Shown here: one piece after another, positions 24,139 to 38,210 of the stretch
How the letters are laid out: each line of letters starts with the position of its first letter
Position numbering within the stretch: position 1 is the stretch's first letter
Assembly: GCA_051294905.1 (NCBI GenBank)
Contig: CM119372.1
Coordinates: 19,284,001-19,344,000 of the forward strand
Source: Botryllus schlosseri
Lineage: Eukaryota
Direction of reading: 5' to 3'
DNA: 60,000 bases
The notes under the pieces: generated by a model
What the model saw: only the letters and a program-made list of their open reading frames with translations
The model's database searches: none
Told to the model about the DNA's origin: nothing
Program-made: the position numbers and the translations under genes

Positions 24139-27100
24139 TGTCGACAGAGTGACAAATTCACCCCCGTCCTTTCCGCCTTTGCCGCTAATGTGGTGGGTGT
24201 TAACCGCAGGGATCCTACAGCGGCCTTACCCCAGAGCGGCTAGAAAAAAAATGCGGCTAAGCAGATGAGCGGCTGGAAGAAAAAGGAGATCGTGATGTCC
24301 AAAAGGATAGTAAAAGATATCTCGTTCTCAGCTGCCTCCTAATATTATGCCTCAACCGACGACGCAAGTCTGCAGAAAGATTGTCGTCGTCAGCAATGCT
24401 CACCGGAGCCTATCTATAAAGATTACGCCTTTTTTTCTATCTAGTCTTTCCCTTCTATTAGTTTCGTTGTTAGGCTATCACAATCACTTCAAGAGCACTT
24501 TACGCGTCGGTGCTTATTCGCTTTTAGCGCAACTTCCTGCTTCCCATCACACCCTGAACGATTTCTTCTCTCCTTATTAGGGCTATGTGGGGGATATGAG
24601 CCAGAAATGGAAAAAAAATGAAATATGCGAATTTGAAAGCAAGGTCAGACACCGTTTATATCTTATTCCTAGAACCACTCATCATGCGTTTCCGACGCTA
24701 ATATCTCAACTTTCTGCAACGTGAATGTGAAGCCGCGGCGACAATGCTATTCGCCTCACGCCGTGATGTTTCAATTCGTAAACGCTGAATGCAGGCTGCA
24801 TATCTATCAATGAAGCCGTACATTGTACATGTTCCACCACGAATGCAACTCATGCTCCATACGATGTATTATCACAAAACTGTTCAGTGAAAGCGGGTCG
24901 TCTTATGCATGCTAAGTTCTGTTTCGAACAAAATATATCGACAGCGTTTATCCCCGTTCGTTGTCTGTATAATCGCGTCGTGCTGACAGAAATTGTCGTA
25001 ACAACTCGCTATGAATTGAATGTAGTACCAAGTGAACGTTTAGGTTAATTTTTTCTTTAGTTTCTATCCAACTTGATCGTTTTATTTGAATGCAAAATTT
25101 ACAGTATCTTATGGTGCAGTTTGGTACTGATTGATACCAAAGAGTAAGTTCCAGAATCTTCCAAACGGTCATATATAGCGTATACTGTCAGCGGGCGCAT
25201 GCCCTGTCGGGGGTCCAGTGGAATGTAACGTCTGGCGTTGTCTGCGAATTTATCGTTATTCGATGGCGAAATGCTTGAGCACAATCATTTTTATCTATGG
25301 TACAGACTAATATTCAACAGAAAACAAGATTGGAATAAGTCGACCGTAATGACGGGCTTGCGTACGTAGATTGAAATTTATAAGTGAATAGCATATTCAT
25401 ATTGAAATGAACCCGAATATTTTCGGCAATATGAATATATTGTATATTGTATTGTATATTGCAGTTCTGTGCCTCCAAGAAGCTCTTTAATTTATAGGTA
25501 TACGAAAGTGTGAAATTATAAGATACCTTACTTGCATGGTCATTTGAAGACCCTCTCAGAGCATACGCAGCTATGAATCTTATTCGTTATTGACTATCGA
25601 ACACATATGTACTATGTAGTTTGGAGGAATGGTACGGAACTATGTAGGATGCAGCTCTCTTCTGACTTGAGTATCAGGGAACAGAGACGGTGATTTACGA
25701 TTGTCGTGCTCGTTATCCCGCTTTTCCAAATTCACTTCAAGTAATTTGGGTCATGCAAGCGATGCAGTCGCATCAGCATGTTAATTCTTTCACATACCGA
25801 CACCAACAAAGATGACGCGAATGCAGACGATTTTCAAACACATATATTTGGGGGTCATTAGCAGCAATCGTTAAATTGGTTACAACAGCATGATAATGGC
25901 CTGATGCCTATTTGAACAATGTAAATATTGAGCACGGCTGTAACAGCCTCGGCTACTTCGACGACCATGTATTATATCTTGTAATGATTAAAAAATATAT
26001 ATGAGCTCGTATTGAAGGGGTGATGCGTACTAACTTCTATTAGTACAAGGAATGCAAAAGATTGATTAACAAAAACGACACTGCAACTGATTATCTTGAT
26101 GTTTTTTTTGTTTCCTGTTTTCTTTTGCCCTTTTCATTTTACTCTAATTGAAAAGTCGATATATATACTGCAACATACTCAAGACTTGTGTGAAGTAATG
26201 AATTTATAATATGGTCCGCTCGAGATTTGTTGCAATGCAGCGTGAACGCATTCCTGTGCAAAATAGTAGCACGACTTTGCCGTTGTTTCATAATGCTTGG
26301 AAATACTTGCCCTCGCCCGATCTCTGTTTTAGCAGGGAAAGCGCGAATGAGCTTATCGTTTGGAAAGAGTTTTGGTTGACGTAGCAGAGAAATGCGGAAA
26401 CCAAAACTGGGAAGGCGAGCACCAATCTTCGTTGATGCGCGTAGAGAGAGTATTAAGAGTGATATGCGAAGCTTTTACTTAGCACCACACGTCATCACAC
26501 TTGTAGGAGCTTGGTAGGAATTATGACATTGTCAAACGGAAAATTTTCCTTTCCATCGGAAGCGACGTAATCCCATTGTGGCAATATCTATGGAAGAATT
26601 ACGCATAGGATACAGGTTCTATAAATCTGTTAACAGCTGATTTATTGTAGGCTATAGCTAGGAAGACTCGGTTCGCTGATTGTGCTATGAATAATGACAA
26701 GATGAAGAAAAGAAAATTTTTAAATTGATGAAGGTAATTATAGTGACAGTGCAATCGGCTGAAGATTACGAAGGCTATCAGTCAATAAATAGGTGTGTTA
26801 TATAACCATTGGCAGTATAGGCTACTCGGCTTACTTGCATCCACTTTCGCAATTGAACATCGCCACTACATTTTAGTGATTTAGTGGCGGGGCAATTGAT
26901 TCTTGATTTCCCACTATTTCGATTATTCCAGAAAAATTTGAACCAAACAAAAGTTTTCTGTGGCATTATGCTAACTGCCAATTGCTAACCACTTCTGACA
27001 ACGGTACCAAGATTCTGCGCCAACTATGTTGGTGCCATGAACCACCTGAAGTAGGCCTATACTCTAGCCATATACAGTATATTATAAACACAAGCTCGGA

Positions 27101-27378
27101 TCCCTTAAATTTCAAGACTTGTAGGCTACTCTAATCAAAAATATCCAATACCTCGTCCACATTGTTGTACCAATATATGAGAACAAATGACAGAGATCAT
27201 ATTATTAGGGCTGGGCAAAATCGAGTACCTGAGTGATTCGATTCTGAATCACGTAAAATGCTTCGAGTCGAGTCGAGTATTCGAGTATCACCCATTATGA
27301 CGTCACAACAGAATGTACTATGTCAAAGTTCAAAGATGTACCTTTTATGCCACCGCGAAGAACATAATGCCTGTTACC

Positions 27379-27750
27379 TAGGCTTACCATACGTCCTCTT
27401 TTAAGAGGATTTGTCCTTTTTTTGACTTTTTTGAAAGTGTCCTCGGAGGACGCCCTTTTGTCCTCTTTTTTGAGATTTTGTCCTCTTTTTTGAAAATTTA
27501 GGGCAGATTTAGAGCAAACTGCGAGTGATATGCCGCAAATTAGCACAGAAGTGAAGCTCCGGCGGATATTTCTGAGTGAAAAAGGGTGATTTTAGCTCTG
27601 AGCGAAAAGATGACCTTTTTTTTTTTTTTAGTCAACCGATCACAAAGTGGGAAAAATTTACCGGTTTTTGAGAATTCTTGTCCGATTTTGCAAGTCTGAA
27701 ATTTCTGAAAAAGTGTCCTCTTTTTAGATTTCCAAAATATGGTAAGCCTA
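27379..27750. mobile_element. hAT (Blackjack-like) MITE with TGTCCTC subterminal repeats
   Basis: TIR taggcttaccata / tatggtaagccta; perfect TSD ctgttacc; related fragments near 16000-16350 and 41040-41400. Confidence 0.87.
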
Positions 27751-29419
27751 CTGTTACCCGTTTCATTAATGATACTTCGGTATGTTTTCGACCATACCGA
27801 CTTCATTGCACTTCTTGACAATGTTGTGGAACGATCATGACTTCGGAAATGTGCGAAGGGATTTTGTCCGGCCCGCGGACAGTTTTCCGTCTTATATGAT
27901 GCGGCCCGCGGCTACAGTCTGCCGAGATTCCCCGCTACTTGCTTACTACGTCAAATTTTAGTGACTGTATGTTATTATATACAATACATGTATGCGCACT
28001 GCGCATCGTGCGAGAATGGAGCTTACGCGTAAGTTCGTCGAAACGGGAAGAGCTGCATTATCGGCAGTTACGATGTACTCCACCCTAATATCGTTTGTGG
28101 TAATCATGGTGTTTGTCGACTACAATGGTCATTTACACCAGCCCGATATTCCTTATTTTTGATTCCGTAGCCGGGTCGCGGGCCACTTTTCAAATGCCGT
28201 AGAAGCCGCGATCCGCATGAATTCAATATCGATATAAAATAGGCCACACAGTTGAACAACGACGCTATCACGTCACCTATTCAGCCCTAATGAATTGATA
28301 TCTTGGTATATTTGGGGTACTGGGCTTATAGAACGCCTTGAAATCTTAATTAGTGATTGCTGCGTGAGTTGATTGTTCAGAGAGAAGCAGACATGGCGGC
28401 GCCTGTATGACAATGCTGTTCTCAAATTCACATTGTCTTCTTCATTATCAGCGAGAAATGGCTTTGAAGTGACATCGCTGTCGTTAAATACATTCAATAA
28501 ATGAGATTTACACCTTGTATATGTGGATAAATGGGCGAATAATGCATTGATTCAGCAATCCGGCCCGCCAAGTACATAATTTTCCTATATCCGGCCCGCC
28601 GGCTGGAGAAGTTGCCCGCCCCTGACGTAGCCGAACCTTCACAAGCTTAATTTCGATCTGCGAGCACTATATCCAGGGTTGCCATACCATCCTTATTTCT
28701 AAGATTTGTCCTTATTTTGAAGGGCCACGTCTTAAAAAACTCAACTGTCCTTATTTCTCAGAAATGTCCTTATTTTCGACTTGCGTCCTTATTTTGTCTT
28801 ATTTTCACCCGCTACAGAACTTGGATCATTTTCATTTCATGTATGTGTTGCAAAATATTCTAAAATTATGCTTTTTGTCGAGATTTTATGACATCGTAAA
28901 TGAAAGGAACTCTCGTGGCGTGCACTCCACCAAATTTGACTTCCAAGAGGTGAGATACCTGGGTCAGTGAGTGGTGGCACAGCAGTTTCGTCTGTACCAA
29001 GCTACCGCAACGGACGTCAGCTAAGCAGTAAACAGCAGTACCAGGTTCCTGCTGTTTGGTCTACAGCAGAATAAGTTCAAGCCGTGGGGAAGGCAGCATT
29101 TATTGCGTAGTGAAAAAAGGCGCAGTGAAGTCGACACATTGGTTAAGAAGTAGTAAAGCTATTAATCATTGATAAATTTTTCTAAATTATATTGCACTTG
29201 CGCATATAGTTTCAGCTACAAATAAGGCTAAATCTGATTAGTTTGAATGAACAGGCGTAAAAACGTTTTTCGTGACGATTATGAGAGAGAATTCGGTTTC
29301 CAACGAAGCTTGAAGGGCTAGTGTTTCGCACATTGCAATATCTGCAAGGCAGCTCCTGCCTAGGGTACCTGTACCTGGGCATTCCATACTGTCAAACACC
29401 AGCAATCATCCCTCATCAA

Positions 29420-31562
29420 TAGGGCGGTTTTTTTTTTGACATGTCAAAATTTGTCAAAATTTAGTCAAAATTGTAGCGTTAGGTCAAAATTTGTCAAAAT
29501 TTTTCATAAAATTAAAAAAATTTTGACGTCTGCATTTTGTTTGTATCGTAGATTTAGCACTGTCGGTGAACTTATAATTTGATATTTTACCGCTTTTAGC
29601 CTATTTTATAGGTCTACCGTTGTCAACGGCTAATCGTCTGCTCATTGTGAATCATAAACGGTAAAAAAAACAAATAATAGGTAGACATGGTGTAATGGTC
29701 AATGTACCGCAATATCCTAACTGAAGAAAGTCTTCTTTTGCATTACATCATTCTTATATTAAGAAGCGCATGATGAAAAATTGTGATGTAGACCAGTGGT
29801 TCTCAACCTTTTTCACCTCGCGGACCGGTAAAATTTCCAAAAATGTCTGGCGGACCGGGGAACTTTCAAAATTGAAATGAAGCCAAAATGTAAAGTATGC
29901 AACCGTTTTTTGCAATTATCTGGTGCTAGAGTGTGACATTTAGAGGGTTTTGATTAATTATCTTCATGATGGCATCCACGTGATTTTATGGTAGTGAGTC
30001 TGCTGAGTCGAGCTAAAATTGCCTTGTCCAGATAAACGTGCTACCGCCGAGAGTCGTTTACAGTCTTTCGCGCCGAAGGCCGTGGGTTTAACCGACCATG
30101 CCAACACGAATAATATTCTTCTCGTTGACAATATCGAGAGAAGAAGCGTTTCGGAATAGAACCAAGCACCTTGTCGTGCTACCTTGCTCATTGCACACTG
30201 CCACCAGACGCAGGCTACTCTGGCAACTACGAATACAATGCGTGCCGCAAGACAACACCTTACAGCAGCTGTACCGGCCATGCGCAAACCTGTGCCGAAA
30301 AATTACTTCGTCAGCTCACCCCAAAAACGCTGGTCTTGGGCCCACAAAGGGCGATAAGCCAAACTTACGGGGACTTCGCCCCCAGACCCTACAGTTGGGT
30401 GGATGTTGTAACATGTACTTGTGAGCACATTCATTCTACTCAGTGTAAGCAGAAAATTAATGCAGCTTAATCGCGCTAATAGCGAAAATTTCCGATCATT
30501 CATGACTGAATCGGTATTCTTGCTGCCGAATTTTTGGCACAATCTTCGGAGTCCCATGTTAGCCTGTACTTGTGTTGGTACGTCGCGGCGCGGTAATGGC
30601 TGACGCCAAAATGTCTATCTATATAAATCATGCGTATTTCTCGGAAAAAGGCACCTATAAGCATGGCATTTGGTGACACTAAATCGCACAAAGCGCGAAA
30701 TAAAGTTGAAAAATGTTGAAAAAAGTTGAAAAAAGTTTCAAAAAAATTACACTATGATTTATGCTCATTTGCAAAATAATTTTGGGCCTTTTTCAAGCTC
30801 GGCCCCTTTCCAATTGGGCGGTTTGGGGGGCCCAGTTACGGTCCTGTCCGAAATGAAAGAATCGAAAACGAATGATCGCAGAAACTGCGCTGTTTAGCGA
30901 TGAGTCAGCTCGTATATGTTCTGTACTTGTCGCCTTCAACATTGCTTCTTGAAATTAAGGTATAAAATTGTAATATACCTCGCGGACCGGCAGGAATGTC
31001 GTCGCGGACCGGCACCGGTCCGCGGACCGGCGGTTGAGAACCACTGATGTAGACAACATTGTCAGAATGAAGCAACACGGTGTGTTACCAGCACCAGCAG
31101 TGTACGCACAACTTGAGTGTTGTCGGTCAACAACTGCTGCTGTTGAACGTCCTTGACAAGGTTCTTAGTAAGGACGTGCACTTTCTACCCAAGAATGTAG
31201 GAAAGCATCTCTCGTTGTACTACAAAATATTCTAATTATTTTTACCATAATACATATTGTAACCACTGGTATTCTTCATAGGGCCAGATTTCGTTAAAAT
31301 ATTGTTTTTTTTTCATGTAAAAACATGCCTGTTTCTAAGCCAAAAACGTTTTTTCAGGTCAAACTACTTCGTTAGGACAGTCAGTTCAAACCAGAAATGA
31401 AGATAAGTGGTGCAATTTTAACATTATGTGGGAAAACACCTAATTTACATAGGTTAGGTCAAAATTTGGTCAAAATTCAGTTTTTTTAGGTCAAAAAAAG
31501 TCAAAATTTTGATTTTATAGGTCAAAATTTTCTTTTTTTAAGGTAAAAAAAAAACCGCCCTA
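29420..31562 (+). mobile_element. Non-autonomous hAT element with (GTCAAAAT)n subterminal repeats and a C-terminal transposase relic
   Basis: TIR tagggcggtttttt / aaaaaaccgcccta; perfect TSD ctcatcaa; relic STTAAVER..KVLSKDVHFLPKNVGKHLSLYY near 31100-31225. Confidence 0.85.
29794..31046. mobile_element. hAT (Charlie/Buster-type) non-autonomous element with cgcggaccgg subterminal repeats
   Basis: TIR cagtggttctcaacc; perfect TSD atgtagac; inverted sister copy at 41590-43465. Confidence 0.88.
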
Positions 31563-33499
31563 CTCATCAACGATTGCACATCGCAATTGTTCAAAGCAAT
31601 ATACCTCGATTCCAACATCGCAAATAAGTTTTCTTCGGCCAGGACCAAGACTACAAGCATTTTTACTGGAGTTTTTGCTCCGTACGCTCAATAATGATTT
31701 TGTTTAAACTTGGTGAGGCCTTTTTTATTCTTGGTTGACGCCTCTAACGAGGTGAAGAAGTTTGGTTTAACACCCTATAGGGCGCAATACCAACGTTTTT
31801 TTTTTGGGGGGGGGGGGCTGACGAAGTGCTGTTTCGGCCCCGAGTAAAAGTAAACCTAGGTCAGAGCTTTCGTGAGATCCATGAAGCACTTTGTAATAAC
31901 AAGGAGTTGCTGGAGCAGGTTGTTTCTGGTGAAAAAAGTATCGAATGTGATATGCCACGGCTAGTATAGATACAAGGTATGTACAAAAACGCTTTTTCAT
32001 GCTGATCTAATTTTTCAACTGTCCTTATTTTTGGGTCCATGTCGATGGCAACCCTGACTATATCTCTTAAATAGACTAAAATGTGTTGATTCACATATGG
32101 TAATGATAATAATAATTAAATGCGAAATATAAGCATCTTTTTCTTAGTAGATTAACAGGAATGTTGGATTCGGAGTATGTGAAGAAAATATTAGGAGCCG
32201 GTGTGCAGTGCATGTTTAAGGTTTCCAGATTAGGGATCGGTATTGAAAGAAAATATCTGGAGCCGGAGGCATTGTGAACCGACTATACGCAGCCCTGATG
32301 GTAACCGTAATCCACAAGGCAATCACTCTTTGTGGCAAAAAATAATCCACAATAGCTAGAGCGGCCATATCGTTTGCGAGTTCACAGGAGGATTTTCTTT
32401 AGGTATACATCATCTTTTAGTTCGGCACATACCCAGTACTCACTTCCACAAATTTAAAGGCCGAATCATCTATACCAGGGGTGGGCTTATTACCTGCTTC
32501 ATGCGCGGGCCGCATATTAAAAAAATCTTTAACATACGAATTTATTCCGTCACAATGAATTGTAGGCTATCGTATGAAGTTTATTATTGTATGGGGATAC
32601 CAGCTCGAGTACACGCTGGTGATACGGTTCGTCTTCACCTGAGCTGTAAAGTGTTTCAAACAGAGTTGCCAACAGTTGGTGGTCCAAAAGAGCCAAAATT
32701 GCTCTCCAAAATGTGTCAAATGGCCCTTCAAGGAGCCAACTAGTTTCGATTTCAACCAATATGCTAATATATTACCCCTAAACAGAGATGGTCAAAGTGG
32801 TCAAGAAAGCAGCTCAAGTAGAAGTAGAAGTAGCGACGAAAAAATTTACTCAAGTACGAGTAGAAGTACTTCTTACATAAGCAACCTAAAACTACTTGAA
32901 GTATAGGAGTAGAATTGACTGACTTTAAATCTACTCAAGTCAGTAAGTAGTATAGTGAAAACGATCGTAATTCGTTCGCATGAACTGTCAAAAGCTGCAA
33001 ATTGAGCTATGCGGAAGGTATAGTGAGCTTGATTTATATTGATGCATCCCAGGAGGTGTCAATTTTTGATAGAATAAGCAGTCGTCCACATCATGGGAAG
33101 TAAATGAAAGTATTGATATGGAAATGCGATACTAATCCTCTGTTTACTCACTTTTTGCGATTAGTATACGTTAATTAAAAATATGGCAGTTCGTAAATAT
33201 GCCATATAGTGTATATAGCTTTATTTTCGGAAAATAGAAGGCATTATTACACTTGCTTCTATACTTTAACGTGTATGTTCTCCAGACAAAAGAACTGAAA
33301 CTATAATTAGAACTCAACGTATAATAATCGTAAATGAAAGAAAAATACAAATACTACTTCTAAAAGTAGCGAAAAACATATTTCATGTCTTTTGTTCAGA
33401 AAGTTTCAACGATGGTCTGCGAAAACAGGTCTAACGGTAAAAAAGTCAAAGCCCACTTTTTCAGATTAGAACACGTCATGGCCAGCTAGGTATAATAGG

Positions 33500-35615
33500 C
33501 AGGGCTGTGGAGTCGGAGTCGGAGTCGGGCTTTGGCTTGTTTTCGCTTGATGGGGTCGCAGTCGTGAAAACGGTAGTGGCTGGAGTCGGAGTCGGAGTCG
33601 TGGAAAAAATACTGACTGGAGTCGGAGTCGGAGTTGGAGTTGGTGAAAACGACCCTGACTTTGACTCCAACTCCGACTTCAACTTCTTTACCACGAAAAC
33701 AATTGCTTTCAAAGGTGTCTTCAAATTACTGTAATAGGCCTAACTATAATAGGATTTTTATGTACTATCATCAATCACTGTTATTAGTAACGATACAGGT
33801 CAGGGGCGGCCAAACAGTGCCCCCCACCAGGCCAAAGGTGGCCCGCGAGAAGGTATTGTGTGGCCTGTGAGGTAATTCTCGAAATTAGATATAACATCAG
33901 GTAAAATTGCAAGGCCAACCAAAATTTGATTAGCCTGATCGCGAAATTTGATTATGACTAAAACATCAGTTTCGACGGATTGGCGTAACCAGGGGCCATA
34001 GCCACATTCATCGCAGATCGTCGTCTATGACCATAGTAGAATATTCCTTAGCAGATTTATCTGAATTGAAATTTTTCTTAACACTTCGCATGATTTATTG
34101 TCACATTTCTTGTATTTAGTATTGGAACTCCTCCTGGAAATTATAAATACGCGTAATTTACAGAATTGAGTCGAACTATACTCTCAATTAGGAAATAACG
34201 TGTCGTCCAACATGCAACTTCGCTTGTGCGCTCTAAGCGAGATCGTCTACGACGAAACATTTGCACAAAATGACTGAGGCATGTTCACCGAAACCGTTGA
34301 TATTGCTATGTCTAAAACGCCAAATAATTCTGTCTTTTCCAAATGAGCCCATCTGTACAGAGGCGACCCCCAATATATGCAAGTAATATATTTATTGATC
34401 GAATTCATTCATTACCTTTGAAAAAATCGTGCTTCGCGGGACCCGGACATGACTGCACAGTGCACATGTGCACACTATACAGTTGCACACGGAGTTTTCA
34501 TGACATTATTGTAATCAATTTTAAAGCGTAGTCATATAATTCTTGTTTTCAATGTTACCTAACTCGGTTCCTTCCTATCGAGCGACTAAAAAAAAGGTTA
34601 TCAACATTCAAGTTGTCCGCGCAATGGTTCGTAAATTTCATGTGGCCCTTTGGCCGAAACGGTTGGCCACCCCTGACATAGATAGAAGTGGACATTGTTT
34701 GGAAATTACAATTCAGTTATATATTGGAAGAGAGAGGTAATATGCATCTTCGCGATACAGTCTCAAATTGATGCAATTTTCGGAATTATACCATGATATT
34801 GTGACAGAGCAAATAGGCCTATATCATCTGTTGTAAAATTGATGTAAATATCACCAAACGCTCCTTCCCACTTGACAAAATAAAAATTATTTGTAGCGTA
34901 GCTTAGCTGCTTGGATCGAACAAATGATTAGGAAAGACTGCAAGTCCTGGTCCTTGAATACTTGACTAAAGTAGACTAGACATATGCTATTTGACTACTT
35001 CCTAAATTAGTAGTGAGAGTGTGAGAGTGCTTGTAATCAGTGCAGTGTGTAATGAGAAAATAAGTTAGATGCATCTCTGTCTTAGTTGCTGACTCATACA
35101 TAAGAGCAACACTTAGACTGTTTTATCTACATTTTAATTATATAGGACGGGATATATCATGTCGTGTTTGAATGATTCATACATATTAGGTTATTAGAGA
35201 GTCCACGTTATAAAATATGATAAACTATGAAAAAGGAAGGATATATAGAAAGGCAATCTTTCATGCATAGTGAATAATTCGGTCTGTGCCACAATGAAAC
35301 AATTTTTCATGCAATCGTTAATCATTATGTCTGCATATGTTTAATGGTTATATGATAGTCGTCACTGTGGCATACAATTTTCGAAGTAAATTGGAAATAT
35401 TGTTGGAGTCGGAATCGGAGTCGGTAGGTTTAAAGACTCAGGAATCGGAGCCGGAGTCGGAGTCGGAGTCGGTAGGTTTAAAGACTCAGGAATCGGAGCC
35501 GGAGTCGGAGTCGATACGTTTAAAGACTCAGGAGTCGGAGTCGGATTCGGTCCATTGAAAATGTGTGGAGTCGGAGTTGGAGTAGGCAGTAAAATTTACC
35601 GACTCCAAAGCCCTA
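33500..35615. mobile_element. hAT non-autonomous element with (GGAGTC)n subterminal repeats
   Basis: cagggctgtggagtcgg / ccgactccaaagcccta; perfect TSD ataatagg. Confidence 0.85.
33801..34675. mobile_element. hAT MITE nested in 33500-35615
   Basis: TIR caggggcggccaaac / ggttggccacccctg; degenerate TSD atacaggt/acatagat. Confidence 0.7.
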
Positions 35616-36420
35616 ATAATAGGTAATTGCTAGATTCCGAAACGGTAGTTTCAAACGTTCTGGGGCCATACTTACTGTGATGAGATATTTGATCTAGGTG
35701 ACATTGCTGTGTGAACGGAACCATGCAACCCGGTGTCTAAATTATATTCAGTGATACTTTCCTTAAAACATATTTGTCACTGTACACGCGAAGCGCAACG
35801 AAAATTCTGGGTATTACATGACTTTTATGCAAATTAAATGTTGGTACTACGTGAAAACAGCCCCGAAATTCCTTCGGCGATCTTTCTTATTGAGGGATTA
35901 AACTACTTCTATCGGAAAACTGAAAATAGCGAAGGGAAGTATGTAAGTAGTTCACGAAATATTACGAAGTAGAAGTAGCGAAAAAAGATATACTTGAGTA
36001 AGTACCAGAAGTAGAGGAAAACTACTTGAGTACTTCGAAAAAGTAGAAGTACTTCGTTACTGACCATCACCTCTATCCCTAAAACACAAAAATGATACGT
36101 TTTCAACAGCCTATGTGCACTTTTAGATTAGAGTGGAGTAAAAATAACTTTAAATATTATGTGGGAAAACACCTAATTTGCATATTTGGTCAAAATTTTC
36201 CTTTTTTCAGGTAAAAAAATCGCCCTACTGATAACTAAATTCGGGGAATTGGACCGTGATGTAGAGGTCTGGCAGAAAGTGTTCACCTTTTTCTTGTCAC
36301 CCCCATCAGAACCGGACGCTAAGCAGGGACATGACACAGGTTCATGACCGATATTTTTCCGTTTCTATCTGTTATCTTAATCTTGCCATGTCATCGATAT
36401 CGTTTGTTGTGACTTATGAG

Positions 36421-37455
36421 CAGAGGTGGTCAAAGTAGTCAAGAAAGCTACTCAAGTAGAAGTAGAAGTAGCGACGAAAAAATATACTCAAGTATGAGTA
36501 GAAGTACTTCTTCCATAAGCAACCTAAAACTACTTCAAGTAGAACCAGAATTGACTGGCTTTAAATCTACTCAAGTAAGTATGTAGTTGTGAAAACGATC
36601 CTGATTCGTTCACATGGATTGTCAAAAAGGTATAAATTGAGCAATACGAAAAGTGCCGAGCTTGATTCATATTGATGCATTCCAGGAGGTATCCAATTTT
36701 CGACAGAATAGGCTAAGCATTCGTCCACATCATAGGATGAAAATGATGGGATTGATATGGAAATGCGATACTTATCCTGTTTTCTCGAACAGCACGTATT
36801 AGAAAATACCATGGTAAGGCCACTAAGGCGCCATCCCCCATATTATAAGGTCCGTAGTTTAGTCGAAGAGCAATACCGAGAAGTCGTATACGGTGTAAAC
36901 ACTTTGTGCGATAAGTAAACTTTAATAAAAAATATGGTGGACCGTAAAAATGTCATATTGTGTAGCTTTATTTCAGGAAATTAAAGGCAACACTACACTT
37001 GCTTTCATACTTCAGCATGTATGTTATGATGAGCCATATATACTGTAATGAACTATATTTGATATGGCGAAGGGCGACAATGTGGTGTGAAAGGAACAAC
37101 GCCAACGATACCTAAATTATATTCACTGATGCTATCGTGAAATTATACTGGCAACCCCGTATTCACTGCGCGCGAAGCGCGACGAAAATTTTGGGCTTTA
37201 CCCAACTTTCATGAAAATTAAATGTTGATACTCCGTGAAAACAGCCCCGAAATTCCGTAGGCTATCTTCCTGATTAGTGGATTTAGCTACTTCTACTTGA
37301 CAAACTGAAAATAGCGAAAAGTAAGTAAGTAGATCACAAAATATTACGAAGTATAAGTAGCGAAAATCAGATCTACTTGAGTAAGAACAAGAAGTAGAGG
37401 AAAACTACTTGAGTACTTCGAAAAAGTAGCAGTACTTCGTTACTGACCACCTCTG
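36421..37455. mobile_element. hAT non-autonomous element, CAGAGGTGGTCA family
   Basis: TIR cagaggtggtca / tgaccacctctg; TSD cttatgag/cttatcag; fragments also near 2636-3430, 6770-7249, 16905-17303, 19440-19660. Confidence 0.85.
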
Positions 37456-37524
37456 CTTATCAGACACGCTTTTGCAGATCGGACGTCGAGTAGAACCAAG
37501 ATAAACCCCCAATACCTAGGAAAG

Positions 37525-37590
37525 GATTCTGGACTAGAACCCACGTCCCATTTGTGTTGCAGGTTGCAGCGGTGCAACTTACCACGCTAC
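37525..37590 (-). mobile_element. Possible tRNA-derived SINE head
   Basis: Minus strand tagcgtggtaag (A-box-like) ... gggttctagtcc (B-box-like); a related B-box segment gagttcaagtccagattcc near 21075-21095. Confidence 0.3.
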
Positions 37591-38210
37591 TCGCCACTCG
37601 CGGCGCTCGAAGTGCTATAGGGTTGCCGCGAACAAATTTTCCCTATCAGAGGGTGCCGCGAGCTCGAAAAGGTTGAGAACCACTGGGCTACTTCATGGAA
37701 CTTGCGTTCCGTCCTGATCATATGGTAGTTGTTCTTCGAGGACGTGCGTTGTAGTTGAGCGCTTTGGATTCCGGAGATGAGGAAGTCCAATGGAATTGAG
37801 GGGCGACGAGCTCGAAGCGGGCCCCAAATTATTTCGTGAAATAACATGAATTATAGAGTATTTTTATTTATTTATCGAACTTTATTAAAAATGTAGTGGA
37901 GTGTTGCTAAATGTCTACCGGTATATTATTGGGTAACCTACCCCCAAGAGAAAATACGCACGATTTATAGAAGTTAGCATGTCAGCGTTGGCCATTGCCG
38001 CGCCACCACGCGCATATGAAGTTTTAGGCCATGTTACATGCGACTCCGAGAAGTGTGTGCCAGAACGATCGGCAGAGAGAAGACCTTGGCCGAAAAAGAC
38101 TTGGCGCACTTCTCGGAGTCGCATGTTATTTACCTATGACCTAAACCTTCATATGTCTTGACGCGTGGTGGCGCGACAATGCCGACGCCGAAATGCTAAC
38201 TTATATAAAC

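Larger units (their letters stand above)
28674..32056 (+). mobile_element. Internally deleted hAT (Blackjack-like) transposon with transposase relics, host of two nested insertions
   Basis: TIR cagggttgccat / atggcaaccctg; perfect TSD actatatc; relics MNRRKNVF..CFAHCNICK (from 29247) and AFHTVKHQQS|..NDCTSQLFKAIYLDSNIANKFSSARTKTTSI..VDASN split by the 29420 insertion. Confidence 0.85.
32783..36075. mobile_element. hAT non-autonomous element of the CAGAGGTGGTCA / AGTAGA-repeat family with nested insertions
   Basis: Ends cagagatggtca / tgaccatcacctcta; TSD cccctaaa/tccctaaa; colinear with 36421-37455 outside the insertions. Confidence 0.78.

Noticed and set aside
29964..30691. Overlapping Cys-rich ORFs, with counterparts at 42834-43257
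   Set aside because: Internal sequence of a non-autonomous hAT family; frames are not conserved between copies and no domain is recognisable.
33476..33734. Pro/Thr-rich and Glu/Ser-rich ORFs (also 35337-35558)
   Set aside because: Translations of (GGAGTC)n subterminal repeats of the hAT element 33500-35615.
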